64,000 bases of DNA from contig CAVUEK010000004.1 of assembly GCA_963740495.1 (NCBI GenBank), forward strand, positions 50,876 to 114,875, in the 5' to 3' direction. The notes below the pieces were generated by a model. It saw only the letters and a list, made by a program, of their open reading frames with translations, ran no database searches and was not told where the DNA came from. Below, piece after piece: positions 28,680-39,140 of the stretch; the first letter of the stretch is position 1, and each line of letters starts with the position of its first letter. The stretch is from an uncultured delta proteobacterium (GTDB taxonomy: Bacteria; Myxococcota_A; Polyangia; Polyangiales; CAVUEK01). Both the position numbers and the translations under genes were made by a program.

Positions 28680-29794
28680 TCAGGCGAGGAGCGCCGCGAC
28701 GCGGCGCGCGATCGCGGGCGCGGCCGTGAGGCCCGGCGATTCGATGCCGGCGAGGCAGACGATCCCAGGCGCGCCGTGAGCACGCCCGTCGAGCAGCGCG
28801 AAGTCGCGGAAGCCGCCCCCGGGAGTTCCGAGCTTGGGGCGGACGCCGGCGTATCCGGGCGCGAGGTGGTGGAGCGGATCGCCGGGAGGAAGCGCGCGAC
28901 CGCGTCGGCGAAGAGCTCGGCCTTGCCGGGTTCGACGTCGTAGCTCGGGGCCTCGACGGGCGTGGCATCGGGGCCGGCGAGGCGGGCGCCGTCGAGGGCG
29001 ACCGTGATGTGGATGCCGAGCCCGGGACCGCGCGGGACCGGGTACACGAGCGGCGTTCGGGGCAGCTCGACCTCGTGGTCGATGACGAAGTAGTCGCCCT
29101 TCACGAACGTTTGACGGAGGCCGAGCGCGTCGACGTCGAGGCCCGCGGCCGCGGCCAGGCGATCCGCGTCGAGCCCGCCCGAGAGCACGACGTGCTCGGC
29201 GCGACAGCGTGTGAGCGCGCCGCGCTCGTCGGTCGCTTCGATCGACGGACCGCGCTCGTCCGCGTCGATGGCGTGGACCTCGTTCGCAAAGGCGAACGCG
29301 ACCCCGAGATTGGCGGCTTCCCGGCGAAAGCTCTCGACGAGCGCGTGCGCGTCGACGATGCCGGACTCGGGCGACCGCAGCGCCTCGACGGCGTGGAGGC
29401 TCGGCTCGCGGCGTGCGACCTCCGCGCCGGCGAGGCGTTCGAGCGGGACGCCGAGCGCGCGCGCTCGCGAGGCGATTGACTCGAGGTCTGCGCGCTCGGG
29501 GTCGTCGCAGGCGACGATGAGCTTGCCGGTCTTTCGGTGCGGAATGCCGAGGCGCGTGGCGCGCTCGTAGAGCAGCGCGCGGCCCTCGATGCACGTCGCG
29601 GCCTTGAGCGAGCCCTCCGGATAGTAGATGCCGGCGTGGATGACGCCGCTGTTCCGGCTCGACGTGATGCGACCGGCGCCGCGCTCGCGCTCGACGACGA
29701 CGACGTCGCGCCGTCGGTGGGCGAGCTCGCACGCGATCGCGAGGCCCACGACGCCAGCGCCGATCACGGCGACGTCGGCTCGGATCTCGCTCAC
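28680..29794 (-). pseudogene. lhgO: FAD-dependent oxidoreductase, L-2-hydroxyglutarate oxidase (LhgO)-like, one frameshift
   Basis: GTG at 29794 after GAGGTGA. ADVAVIGAGVVGLAIACELA...TSSRNSGVIHAGIYYPEGSLKA. The frame shifts near 28880-28890 into ...LAPGYAGVRPKL...GIESPGLTAAPAIA. Confidence 0.8.
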
Positions 29795-29887
29795 GGGCTC
29801 ACCTCTGTCGGAAGTGTGCGGGGTCCCCGCGCGTTCGGCGCGCCCCGCCCGCAGGGTGGGCATTCCGGTTCGGCGTGAGACACGCCG

Positions 29888-30721
29888 TTGGGGTACCCTG
29901 CCCGCGCTCGGGAGAGAAGAGCCTTGAGAGAGAGCGTGTTCAGGAACGACCTGCTCGCGGGGCGGGTCGCGTTCGTGACCGGCGGCGGATCCGGCATCTG
30001 CAAAGGGATCGCGCGCGCGTTCTGCGCGCACGGCGCGCGGGCCGCGCTCGTCGGGCGGAACGCGGAGCGACTCGGCGAGGCAGCGGCCGAGATCGCGAAG
30101 GAGACCGGGCAAGAGGTCATCGCGACGCCGGCGGACGTGCGGCAGCCCGACGCGGTGGAAGCCGCGGTCGACGCGACGCTCGAGCGCTTCGGTTCGCTCG
30201 ACATCGTCGTGAACGGTGCCGCAGGCAACTTCCTCGCTCCCGCGGCCCAGCTCTCGTACAAGGGCTTTCGGACGGTCATGGAGATCGACGCGCTCGGCAC
30301 CTACAACGTCTCCAAGGCGTGCTTCGCGAAGGCGTTGTCGTCGCACGGCGGCGTCGTGCTCAACATCTCGGCGACGCTGCACTACGCGGCGACGCCACTT
30401 CAGGTTCATGCGTCGGCGGCGAAGGCTGCGGTCGACGCGATCACACGCACGCTCGCCGTGGAGTGGGCCGGGCTCGGCATTCGAGTCGTGGGCATCGCGC
30501 CCGGTCCGATCGATGACACCGAGGGCATGTCTCGCCTCGTCCCGGCGGGGATGCGCGCACAGCTCGAAAAGGGGATTCCGATGGGAAGGTTTGGACGCAT
30601 CGACGAAGTGGCCTCGTTGGCCGTGTTTCTGGTGTCGGAGGGCGCGTCGCTCGTGACCGGCGAGACCGTCGTCGCCGACGGCGGGCAGTGGCTCCTCGGC
30701 TCGACGATGGGGTTGTCGTGA
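29888..30721 (+). CDS. SDR-family oxidoreductase, 2,4-dienoyl-CoA reductase-like
   Basis: VAFVTGGGSGICKGIA, NGAAGNF, an S...Y/K-type catalytic region (ISATLHYAATPLQVHASAAKAAVDAITRTLAVEW), GIAPGPI. Start uncertain; it may lie downstream of 29888. Confidence 0.75.
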   Translation: MGYPARARERRALRESVFRNDLLAGRVAFVTGGGSGICKGIARAFCAHGARAALVGRNAERLGEAAAEIAKETGQEVIATPADVRQPDAVEAAVDATLERFGSLDIVVNGAAGNFLAPAAQLSYKGFRTVMEIDALGTYNVSKACFAKALSSHGGVVLNISATLHYAATPLQVHASAAKAAVDAITRTLAVEWAGLGIRVVGIAPGPIDDTEGMSRLVPAGMRAQLEKGIPMGRFGRIDEVASLAVFLVSEGASLVTGETVVADGGQWLLGSTMGLS

Positions 30722-31809
30722 AGGCGGCGCAGGTTCGGCGAGCGGTGTGGGTCGGGCTCGCGGTTGCGGTCGCAGGCGGGACCCCGCTCGGCGCGTGCGG
30801 CGGTGGAGAGTCGAACGGCGAGGTGGAGCCGGCGCCGGTGACGGAGGTTTCGTCGCGCGCGGGCGCGCGCGGCGAAGGGACCGAGACAGGCTCGGACACG
30901 GGCTCGGACACGGGCTCGGACATGCGCGCGGACACCGGCTCGGACACACAGACCGGCGTGGGAGCCCAGACGGGCGTGGGCGGCGGAAACGGAACGGGGA
31001 CGGCGCCAGCGGGACGGGCGCGCGCGTGCCCGCCGGAGAGCGAGTGGCCCGAGGGGATGGCGTGCGTGCCGGGCGGAACGTTCACGCTCGGTTACGACGA
31101 GGGCCAGCCGGACGAGCGTGGCGCGGGCGAGGCGTACGTCGACACGTTCTACATGGATCGAACCGAAGTCACGAACGAAGCGTTCGAGCGGTGCATCGCG
31201 GCGGGCCTCTGCACGCGTCCGATGCCGTTCCGACACTTCCGGGAGCCGCAGCAGCCGATCGTCGCGGTGAGCTGGTTCGACGCGGGCCACCACTGCGCGA
31301 TGCTCGGCAAGCGTCTGCCGACCGAGGCGGAGTGGGAGCACGCGGCGTCCGGTCCGGATCACACGCAATACCCGTTCGGGAACGAGCCGCCGGGCTGCGA
31401 CCGCGTGAACGTGAAGACCGAAGCGGGCGAGGGGTGCGGGCGCCTGCGCACGCTGCCGGTCGGGACCTTGCCGGCCGGCTACTACGGGCTGTTCGACATG
31501 TCGGGCAACGTTCACGAGTGGGTGCAGGATCACTACTCGGAGTGCTATCGCGGGTGCGAGCACGAGTGTGGTGACGCCTGCTTCGGGGACAACCCGCGCG
31601 GCCCGTGCGGTGGCACGGACGCGTCGTGCCCGGGGTTTCAGCTTCGATCGGTGCGCGGGGGATCGTGGTTTTGGCCGCTCGAGCGCGCGCGAACGACGGC
31701 GCGGCGCGGGTCGGGCGCGCCGAATCGGGGGCCGCACCGCTTCGGCTTTCGCTGCGCGCGCGATCTCGTCGCTCCGGCGGCGGCGCCGGTGGCGGCGCCA
31801 CCGCCGTGA
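30718..31809 (+). CDS. formylglycine-generating-enzyme (SUMF1/FGE-sulfatase) domain lipoprotein
   Basis: The GTG at 30718 overlaps the upstream stop (GTGA). Lipobox VAGGTPLGAC, then a (T/D)GSD low-complexity linker. The FGE domain follows: MACVPGGTFTLG, FYMDRTEVTN, VSWFDAGHHCAMLGKRLPTEAEWEHAA, GNVHEWVQD, RGGSW, GFRCAR. Confidence 0.85.
   Translation: MKAAQVRRAVWVGLAVAVAGGTPLGACGGGESNGEVEPAPVTEVSSRAGARGEGTETGSDTGSDTGSDMRADTGSDTQTGVGAQTGVGGGNGTGTAPAGRARACPPESEWPEGMACVPGGTFTLGYDEGQPDERGAGEAYVDTFYMDRTEVTNEAFERCIAAGLCTRPMPFRHFREPQQPIVAVSWFDAGHHCAMLGKRLPTEAEWEHAASGPDHTQYPFGNEPPGCDRVNVKTEAGEGCGRLRTLPVGTLPAGYYGLFDMSGNVHEWVQDHYSECYRGCEHECGDACFGDNPRGPCGGTDASCPGFQLRSVRGGSWFWPLERARTTARRGSGAPNRGPHRFGFRCARDLVAPAAAPVAAPPP
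30889..30948 (+). repeat. 12-bp tandem repeat (GGCTCGGACACG, 3 near-identical plus 2 degenerate units) inside the FGE lipoprotein linker
   Basis: Units at 30889-30900, 30901-30912 and 30913-30924, then degenerate units to 30948. They encode (G)SDT repeats. Confidence 0.85.
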
Positions 31810-31845
31810 GGCTGCTATCCTCCGGCGCCGAACGGGGAGGCACGC

Positions 31846-32952
31846 GTGCATCGTGAAGTGATTTCGAGGTTCGTCATGGCGGCGCTCGCGCTCGCGGCGC
31901 TCACGGCGGCCGGGCGGTCGTCCAGTGTGAGCGCACAGGTCGTGCCGCTGTCGGCGGAGGCGCAGCGCGTCCTCGACGGAGTGCCCGACGAAGGCACCGA
32001 GCCGCCGGGCGAGCACTACTACAGGAGCAACGAGTGGCGGCAGGACTTGCTCCGGCCGCATCTCGAGGGGTTGGGCGGCGCGTACGTCGGTGTCGGAGCA
32101 GACCAGAACTACACGATGGCGGCGATGGCGCGGTCGGAGGTGTTGTTCCTGGTCGACTACGATCCGTTCATCCCGTGGATTCACTCGGTGTACGGCGTGC
32201 TCGTCAAGGAGTCCGCGACTCCGGACGAGCTCGTTGCGCGATTCGCCGACGAGAACGAAGCGGCTACGGTCGAGCTGTTGAGGTCGGCGCTCGCGGACCA
32301 TCCACACCTCACGAGGATCCTCCGTCACTTCCGCGGGCTCCGGTCGGCGTGGCACGCCTACCTCGTGCGAGTTCAGCGCCTGTCGCGCGACGGGCAGCCG
32401 TTCAGTTGGCTCGCGAGCGACGCGCTCTACGCGCACGTTCGTGGGCTGTTCCTCGCCGGGCGAGTGATCGCGCGAAATGGTGACGTGACAGGCGCGCGCA
32501 CGGTGCAGGCGGTGGGCGAGGCGTGCCGGCGGTTACACTTGCCGGTGCGCGTCGTCTACTTCTCGAACGCGGAGCAGTTCTTCGATTACACGGACGGGTT
32601 CATCGCGAACATGCACGCGCTGCCGACGGACGATCGGTCGGTGGTGATCCGCACGTTGCGGCACCGGAGCATCCCGCTCGCGGTCGACGGGCGGTGGCAC
32701 TACCTCGTCCAGGACTACGACGACTTTCTCGGGCGGCTCGACACGGGTGTGTATCGGCGTTCGTTCGCGTTCACGGCGGATCTGCTCGCCGCGGGTCCGC
32801 CGCACATCGGGGCGGACGGGATCAGCACGCTCGACGAGACGGTGCCGCGCGCGATGATCGAGGTCGCGCGCGAGCGGCGCGCGCTTCGCGAAGGGCGGAG
32901 CGCGACGATGAGGCCCGTCGCACCGCCGGCAGCGGTCCGCGACGGCAGCTAG
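31846..32952 (+). CDS. hypothetical secreted protein
   Basis: GTG at 31846, 5 nt after GGGGAGG. Signal peptide FVMAALALAALTAAGRSSSVSA. Intact 368-aa frame with normal composition. No family recognised. Confidence 0.6.
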   Translation: MHREVISRFVMAALALAALTAAGRSSSVSAQVVPLSAEAQRVLDGVPDEGTEPPGEHYYRSNEWRQDLLRPHLEGLGGAYVGVGADQNYTMAAMARSEVLFLVDYDPFIPWIHSVYGVLVKESATPDELVARFADENEAATVELLRSALADHPHLTRILRHFRGLRSAWHAYLVRVQRLSRDGQPFSWLASDALYAHVRGLFLAGRVIARNGDVTGARTVQAVGEACRRLHLPVRVVYFSNAEQFFDYTDGFIANMHALPTDDRSVVIRTLRHRSIPLAVDGRWHYLVQDYDDFLGRLDTGVYRRSFAFTADLLAAGPPHIGADGISTLDETVPRAMIEVARERRALREGRSATMRPVAPPAAVRDGS

Positions 32953-34483
32953 CTCGCGGCGGGCGGCTTGCGCGGGCCGGTCGCGCCGGCGCTGGAGCTC
33001 TGGGGTTGCGCGTGCAGAACCGTTCTCACGAACGCGGGCGGGAGGCGGGAGTGCTGGGTGAGGTGGCGCATCGCGAGGATCGGCTCGCCGCCGAGATCGG
33101 CGGCGGTGCGGCCGTCGATGCGGCTCGCGTACTTCCGCGGGTGGAAGGGCGGCGAGGTCGTCGCGCGACCGGCGCGCTCGAGCGATCGTCGAAGGGCGCG
33201 TCGAGGGAGTTCATCTTCATGTAGGGGCAGGTCGCGCAGCCGCCGGCGACGGAGCAGCCTTCGCCGCCGCCACGCCGGGCACGATGGGGAGCGACGCGGT
33301 CGTCGGTCGCGGCGATGGCCTCGCTCGCGACGGGGAAGATGATCTCCGCTTCGAGTCGCCGTCGCGCCCGCGTGGGCGCGCAGGTCGCTCTGCACCCTGT
33401 CGGACGATCGAGCGTGATCATGCCCGCCTCGGTGCCGAGCACGAAGCGCAGGCGCTCGCTGCGTGCCGGCTCGGCGCGGCGCTCGCCCACCTTGTCGGCG
33501 ATGAAGACAGGATGTTCGAGGTGGAGCCGACGACGCCGCGCCGTGCTGCTGCGCTTCCAGCGCGAGCGCGAACATCTCGCCCGGGACCTCGAGGTGCGCG
33601 GTGACGTACGCGTCGGCGTAGTCGCGCGCGCACGCGCTCCGCGACGTCCTCGCCGAACATGTGGTGGACGATGCAGATGCCCTGCTCGAAGTAGTGGAAG
33701 CGCTCGAGCAGCGCCCGGATCGTCGCGGCGGTCGTGGGCCGGGTGAAGCTGCGCGGACGCGCGTCGTCGTCCATCGCGAGAGGCTGCGAGAACAGCGCGC
33801 GCGAGGTTGCGGCCCATGTAGGTGTCGGGGCCGAACACAGACGTGAACGTCGGGGATCTGCGCGAGCGGCTTGCAGCACGTCTTGCACCACGTTCGACGA
33901 CGTGCAGGTGATGGTCGGCACCAGTCGCGTGCGCCTGGCGCCTTCGTCGCGCAGGCTGGTGTTGATGTAGACGACGTGGAGCGAGCGCGGCGTCAGGCGG
34001 GCTTTGCTCGAGCTACGCGACGTACGCGCGCGCTTCGGCCGACGCCGCGAGCGAGCAGCCGATCGGGTCCGACGCCACGCGGTACACCGCGACGTTCGCG
34101 TGCCCGGCCGCGTCGAGCATGGCGCGCACGTTCTCGCTCATGAAGTCGACGCCCGAGCACCACGATGTGCTCGCATGCCCGCTGCGGCCATGCGGATGGC
34201 CGCGTCGGCCATGGCAGCGAGTCGGCGATGTGAACGTGGGCGGTGCGCACGCGGTGAGCACGCCCTGGAGCTCCGGGTCCATGTAGAAGTGGGCGACGAC
34301 GCCGGCGTTCTTGTCCTCGAGAAGCGCGCGAAGCCGTGTCACGGCTGCCGGATCGGGGCTCAAGAACTCCGCCTGCGCTTCCGCGAATGCGCCGCGTGGC
34401 ACGAGGGCGTCCTTCGTGATGACGAGGCTCGGGAAGGGAGCGGCCACGGCGGGAATATAGGCTCGTCCGGCCGGCGTGCCCAC
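32949..34483 (-). pseudogene. nadA: quinolinate synthase NadA, multiple frameshifts
   Basis: VVAHFYMDPELQGVL, GVDFMSENVRAMLDAAGHANVAVYRVASDPIGCSLA, VPTITCTSSNVVQDVL, GPDTYMGRNLA, FHYFEQGICIVHHMFG, VGSTSNIL, RFVLGTEAGMI and GGCATCPYMKMNSL lie in three different minus frames. Confidence 0.85.
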
Positions 34484-34501
34484 CGCCCACGATCGACGGA
34501 A

Positions 34502-36989
34502 TCAGAAGCCGATCGGGTCGGGGCCGAGGTCGGGGATGGCGGTGGAGAGGCGCTCCATCGGGAGGTTCTCCTGCTCGCGGTACGCGGCGTAGTGGCCGAG
34601 GACGCGCCGCACGTACCGATGGGTCTGCTCGAACGGGATCCGCTCGAGGAACGCGTCGAGGGGCATCGTGGCCGCGTGGTCGCGTAGCCAACGCCGCACG
34701 TTGTGCGGTCCACCGTTGTAGCTCGCGATGGCGAGCGGAAGGCGCCCGTCGAAACGGTCGATCAGCGAGGCGAGGTACCACGCGGCGAAGTCGAGGTTCG
34801 TCCTCGCGTCGAGGAGATCTGCGGTTGTGAAGTCGTCGCGGCCGAGCGCGTTGGCGATCAGGCGGCCCGTGCGGGGCATGATCTGCATGAGGCCGACAGC
34901 GCCGGCGTACGAGACGATCTGCCGTTGGTAGACGCTCTCCACGCGCATCACCGCGAGGAGGAGGTTCGGGTCGAGGCCGTGCGCGGCGGCCACCTCGCGG
35001 ACGAGGCCCTCGTATGCGCGCGGACGAGCGGCGACGCGCGCCCAGCCGCCGAAGCCCACCGCGGTACCTTCGTCGCCGAGCGCCGACGCGATGTCGACGA
35101 GCTTCGCCTTCGTCGTGGCGTCGAGGTCGCGGCGGGCCCGGCGCGTCCGGAAATCTCGTCGGCCGCCGCGGGATCTCGGCGCCCCGGTACACCGCCTCGA
35201 TACCGACGAGGCGCAGGCCGTTTCCGCGCGCGTCCCGCCACGCGAGGTACGCCTCGTGGAGCTCGTCGGCGGCGGCGTCCTTCTCGCCGAGGAGCAACAG
35301 GTCCCGCGCGCGCGGCAACCACGGGAACACTTCTCCGTACGCGTCGGCGATCGGGCCGAGCTGCGTCGCGAGCGCGCCGAGATCGGGCTCGCGAGGCGGA
35401 ACGATGGGCTCCCCTGGCTCGGGGCGAGTTCCCTCCGCGCGGGGCCGCTGCGTGCGAACCGTGCTCGGGATGCCGGTCAGGGACGCGAAGCGTACGGGCT
35501 CGCCGTCCACGGTCGCGGGAGCGGGCTCGGGCGGGCCGCCGTCCTCGGAGGGCTGGCACCGGCAGAGCATCGCTTCGTGCACGGTCCAGAGCCGCTGCTC
35601 GGAGAGGAGCGCGTACCAGCGCGTCTCGCTCGTGTCCGTCTCGGAGACGCGGACGTACTCCACCTCCGCTTCCACCCAGCGGCCGAGACGCTCGAGCGCG
35701 CGCGCACGGTGATAGCGCGCCGCGGTGCCATAGCGGGGGTTGTCCACGAGCGGCGCCAGCAGCGCTTCGATGTGAACGTCGGAGCCGACACCGGACGCGA
35801 GGATCGCCGCGTCGAACGCGATCGGCGGGAAGAGGTTCCTCTGCGCGACGAGCGCCTCGAGCGCCTGGTTCGTCTCCTCGGCGAGCCCGGCGCGTGCCGC
35901 CACTTCCACGATCGCGCGCAGCCGAACCGGCGTGAGGTGATTCCAGGCGAGGCGTCCCTTGATGCGAGCGATCGACTGTCGCGCGGTCTCCTGCTCTCGC
36001 GCCGTCGCGGCGCGACCGAGGTCGTCCGCTTGCTCCTCCGTGGCCTCGCGAAGCTCCTCGTCCGCCGTCGGAACGCCGCGCGCCATCGCGGCGTACGACT
36101 GGGCATCGGACCAACGGCCTTCGATCCGTGCGATGCGGGCGGCGCCGAGCGCCACACGAGCTCGGAGGTCGGGCGTCAGCCGCTCGGCGAGCAGCGCGTC
36201 GACTTCGGTCTGAGCCATGTCCATCGGCCCGCTACGGACGAGCCGCTCCGCGCGCTCGACGCGCTGGACGAGGTTGATTTCGCGAACGTCCACGCCGCGA
36301 GCACGGACGGCGTCGAGGCGCGCTCGCGCTTCGGCAGCCACCGGTGAGCCGGGGCTCGAGAGATCGATGTCCCGGTAGATGCGGACCGCTTCGTTGACGT
36401 CGCCTGCGCCGTCTTTCGCGTCTGCGAGCTCGAGCCGTAGCGCGAGCGCTTGAGGGAGCTCCGGATAGCGACGCATCAGAGCGACGAGCTCGCTCACGGC
36501 GTCGCGATGGCCCATCTCGATCATCGCGCGCACGCGACCGACGCGGCCGTCCACCGCGACCGTGGTCTCGATGCTCGTTCGCGCGATCTCGTACGCCGCG
36601 CGCGCGCCGGCGGCGTCTCCCGAGGCCAGCAGGATGTCGCCGCGCATCAGCGCGACGCGATCCGCCAGCTCCGGGAACGCGGCCTCGACGACGTGGAGCG
36701 AGAGCAGCGCTTCTCCGTACCGCCCGTGCGCGGAGCGGTCGCGAGCGCGCGCGAGCGCTTCACGCGCGTCGGCGGGAGGGACTACGGAGTCGCCGACCGG
36801 GACCGCGTGCGGTCCCTCGGTGATCACGGTCGCGCACATCGGAAGCGACGGAGGCTCGGCGCAGATCAGCGCGGGCGGCTCGCTCGTCTCCGGGTCCAGC
36901 GCGCACATCGGGGCGTCCCAGGCTTTCGCGGTCGCGGTGACCGCGAGAAGGATGGCCGCGACCGAGGCCTCTCTGCCCACGACCTTCAT
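34502..36989 (-). pseudogene. soluble lytic murein transglycosylase (Slt70-like: TPR/superhelical N-domain plus SLT domain), one frameshift
   Basis: MKVVGREASVAAILLAVTATAKA signal and a long Ala/Leu/Arg helical-repeat region. After a shift near 35128-35135 comes LLLAVMRVESVYQRQIVSYAGAVGLMQIMP...AWYL...ASYNGGPHNV, the SLT catalytic motifs (ES, GLMQ, AYNAG-type). Confidence 0.85.
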
Positions 36990-37070
36990 TGTTCGTGATC
37001 TTTGGCGCCTGCGCAAAAAGCGTGCACTGCCCTCTCGTCGCCCGATCGACGGCGTAGGGGCGCAGGACGT

Positions 37071-37340
37071 TCACTGGTAGGCTGAATCAGGCCATAGATG
37101 GCCTATATCAAGCGTATTTTGTGTCGCTCGAGGTGCCGGCGCGGGGGCCGTGGGGGCGGTGGCGGGTGTTGCCGCCGCGGGCGTCGCCGGGGCGCCGTCC
37201 TCGGCGTCCGCCGGGTCGTCCGCGAGCTCGGGCAAGACGACCGTGAAGATCGCTGCGATCACGAGCGCCACGAACGCGCCCAAGAGCAACGAGTTGCGGA
37301 GCCACGGAGAGAAATGGTCAGGCGCGTCGCGCGAAGTCAT
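37071..37340 (-). CDS. hypothetical small membrane protein
   Basis: Its ATG overlaps the proS stop (ATGA at 37337-37340). One TM helix (LLLGAFVALVIAAIFTVVL), then a Pro/Ala/Thr-rich tail. The 3' end runs into an AT-richer palindrome, so the end is uncertain. Confidence 0.4.
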   Translation of the reverse strand: MTSRDAPDHFSPWLRNSLLLGAFVALVIAAIFTVVLPELADDPADAEDGAPATPAAATPATAPTAPAPAPRATQNTLDIGHLWPDSAYQ

Positions 37341-39064
37341 GAGAGAGGTCGCCCGCCCATCGCCACGACGGTATCCCGAACGCGATCGGCGAGCTCACCG
37401 AGAAGAACCATCGACGGGTCCTTCTCGTTCCGCTTCTTGACCTCGGCCTGACCCGACTCGAGCCCGCGCTTGCCGATAGTCACTCGGAGCGGCACCCCGA
37501 GGAGGTCGGCATCCTTGAACTTCACGCCCGGGCGCTCGTCCCGATCGTCGAGGAGCACGTCGACGCCCCGTTCCCGGAGCGCCTCGTAGATGCGCTCACC
37601 CTCCTCGCGCACCGCGTCCTCCTTGCCGAGCGGCGTCACGAGCGCATGGAACGGCGCGATCGGCATCGGCCAAAGCATCCCGTCGGCGTCGTTGTACTGC
37701 TCGACGGCTGCGGCCAGGAGACGCGTCACGCCGATCCCGTAGCATCCCATCACGATGGGACGGGTCACGCCCTTCTCGTCGAGGAACGTCGCGCCCATCT
37801 TCGCGCTGTAGTGCGTGCCGAGGACGAACACGTGTCCGCCCTCGATGCCGCGATAGAGAGTGAGAGGCGAGGCGCACTTGGGGCACGAGTCCCCGTCGAC
37901 GACGAGCCGGACGTCTTCCACGCGCCCGTCGAAGTCGCGGCCGAACGCGACGTGGACGAAGTGGTGGTCGTTCTCGTTGGCGCCCGCGACGCCGTCACCG
38001 AGCTTCGCCGCCGCTCGGTCGACGAGGATCTCGCCGCGATATCCGACCGGGCCCGCGAAGCCGACCGGCGCGCCGGTTGCCCGCTCGACCTCGGCGTCGC
38101 TCGCGAGGAAGACCTCGGGCACGCCCAACGTGCGCGCGAGCTTCACCTCGTTGACGTCGTGGTCGCCGCGGACGACGACGAGCACGGAGCGCTCTGCCGC
38201 GACGTAGACGAGAGACTTCAGCGTCGTCTCCGGGCGAACGCCACCTTTCAGGAACGAGACGACCTCGGCGATCGTGTGGACGCCGGGGGTGTGGACCTTC
38301 TCCATGGGCGCGGCCGAGGGTGCGGGCGGTCCGTCGTCGGGGCCCGCGCCGGTCACCGCGACCTCGACGTTGGCGGCGTAGTCGCAGCTCTTGCACGCGA
38401 CGATCGCGTCCTCGCCGTTCTGGGCCAGCACCTGGAATTCGGCGCTCGTCGAGCCCCCCATCGCGCCGCTGTCCGCGGCGACCACACGGTAGTCGAGGCC
38501 GAGACGCGTGAAGATGCGGTGGTATGCGTCGCGCATCGCTTCATAGCTGAGGAGCGCCGCGGCGTCGTCGACGTCGAACGAGTACGCGTCCTTCATGAGG
38601 AACTCACGACAACGTAGGAGCCCTGCGCGCGGGCGCGCCTCGTCGCGGTACTTCATCTGGATCTGGTAGAGGTTCAGCGGGAGCTGTCGGTAGCTCTTGA
38701 CCTCGCGGCGCACCATGTCGGTGATGATCTCCTCGTGCGTGGGGCCGAGGTGATAGTCGTTCGACTTGCGGTCGCGGAGCCTGAAGAGCGTGTCTCCGAA
38801 GACGTCCCAGCGGCCCGACTCCTTGAAGTACTCGGCCGGCAGGAGCGCAGGCATCAGCACCTCTTGCGCGCCGGCGCGGTTCATCTCCTCGCGCACGATC
38901 GCCGAGATGCGGTGGAGGACACGGACGCCGAGCGGCAAGAGCTCGTAGATGCCCGCGCCGACCATTCGGATGAGCCCTGCGCGGAGCAGAAGCACGTGGG
39001 ACGGAGTGACGGCGTCCTTCGGAGCTTCTTTCTGCGTGGGAATGAAAGCCTGCGAGTACCGCAT
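37337..39064 (-). CDS. proS: prolyl-tRNA synthetase (bacterial type with editing insertion)
   Basis: From the ATG at 39064: MRYSQAFIPTQKEAPKDAVTPSHVLLLRAGLIRMVGAGIYELLPLG...GPTHEEIITDM...QIQMKYRDEARPRAGLLRCREFLMKDAYSF...GCYGIGVTRLLAA. Intact frame. Confidence 0.96.
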   Translation of the reverse strand: MRYSQAFIPTQKEAPKDAVTPSHVLLLRAGLIRMVGAGIYELLPLGVRVLHRISAIVREEMNRAGAQEVLMPALLPAEYFKESGRWDVFGDTLFRLRDRKSNDYHLGPTHEEIITDMVRREVKSYRQLPLNLYQIQMKYRDEARPRAGLLRCREFLMKDAYSFDVDDAAALLSYEAMRDAYHRIFTRLGLDYRVVAADSGAMGGSTSAEFQVLAQNGEDAIVACKSCDYAANVEVAVTGAGPDDGPPAPSAAPMEKVHTPGVHTIAEVVSFLKGGVRPETTLKSLVYVAAERSVLVVVRGDHDVNEVKLARTLGVPEVFLASDAEVERATGAPVGFAGPVGYRGEILVDRAAAKLGDGVAGANENDHHFVHVAFGRDFDGRVEDVRLVVDGDSCPKCASPLTLYRGIEGGHVFVLGTHYSAKMGATFLDEKGVTRPIVMGCYGIGVTRLLAAAVEQYNDADGMLWPMPIAPFHALVTPLGKEDAVREEGERIYEALRERGVDVLLDDRDERPGVKFKDADLLGVPLRVTIGKRGLESGQAEVKKRNEKDPSMVLLGELADRVRDTVVAMGGRPLS

Positions 39065-39140
39065 GGGGCGGGTGATTAGCAGAAGCGGTGGAACGAAGCC
39101 ACGCCCCCGAGTGACCGACAAACGATATAGACTCCGCCCC

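Noticed and set aside
28052-30949. 965-aa ORF on the minus strand
   Set aside because: Only the 28.9-29.8 kb part (LhgO-like flavoprotein) is credible. The remainder is antisense to the SDR gene (29888-30721), the FGE gene and the metallophosphoesterase gene, and is Arg/Pro-rich.
37090-37105. Palindrome AGGCCAT-AG-ATGGCCT in an AT-richer patch between the proS-linked small ORF and the slt promoter region, as a terminator or operator
   Set aside because: The 2-nt loop is too tight for a hairpin terminator and no U-tract follows. It may be a protein-binding palindrome, but there is only a single copy and no supporting evidence.
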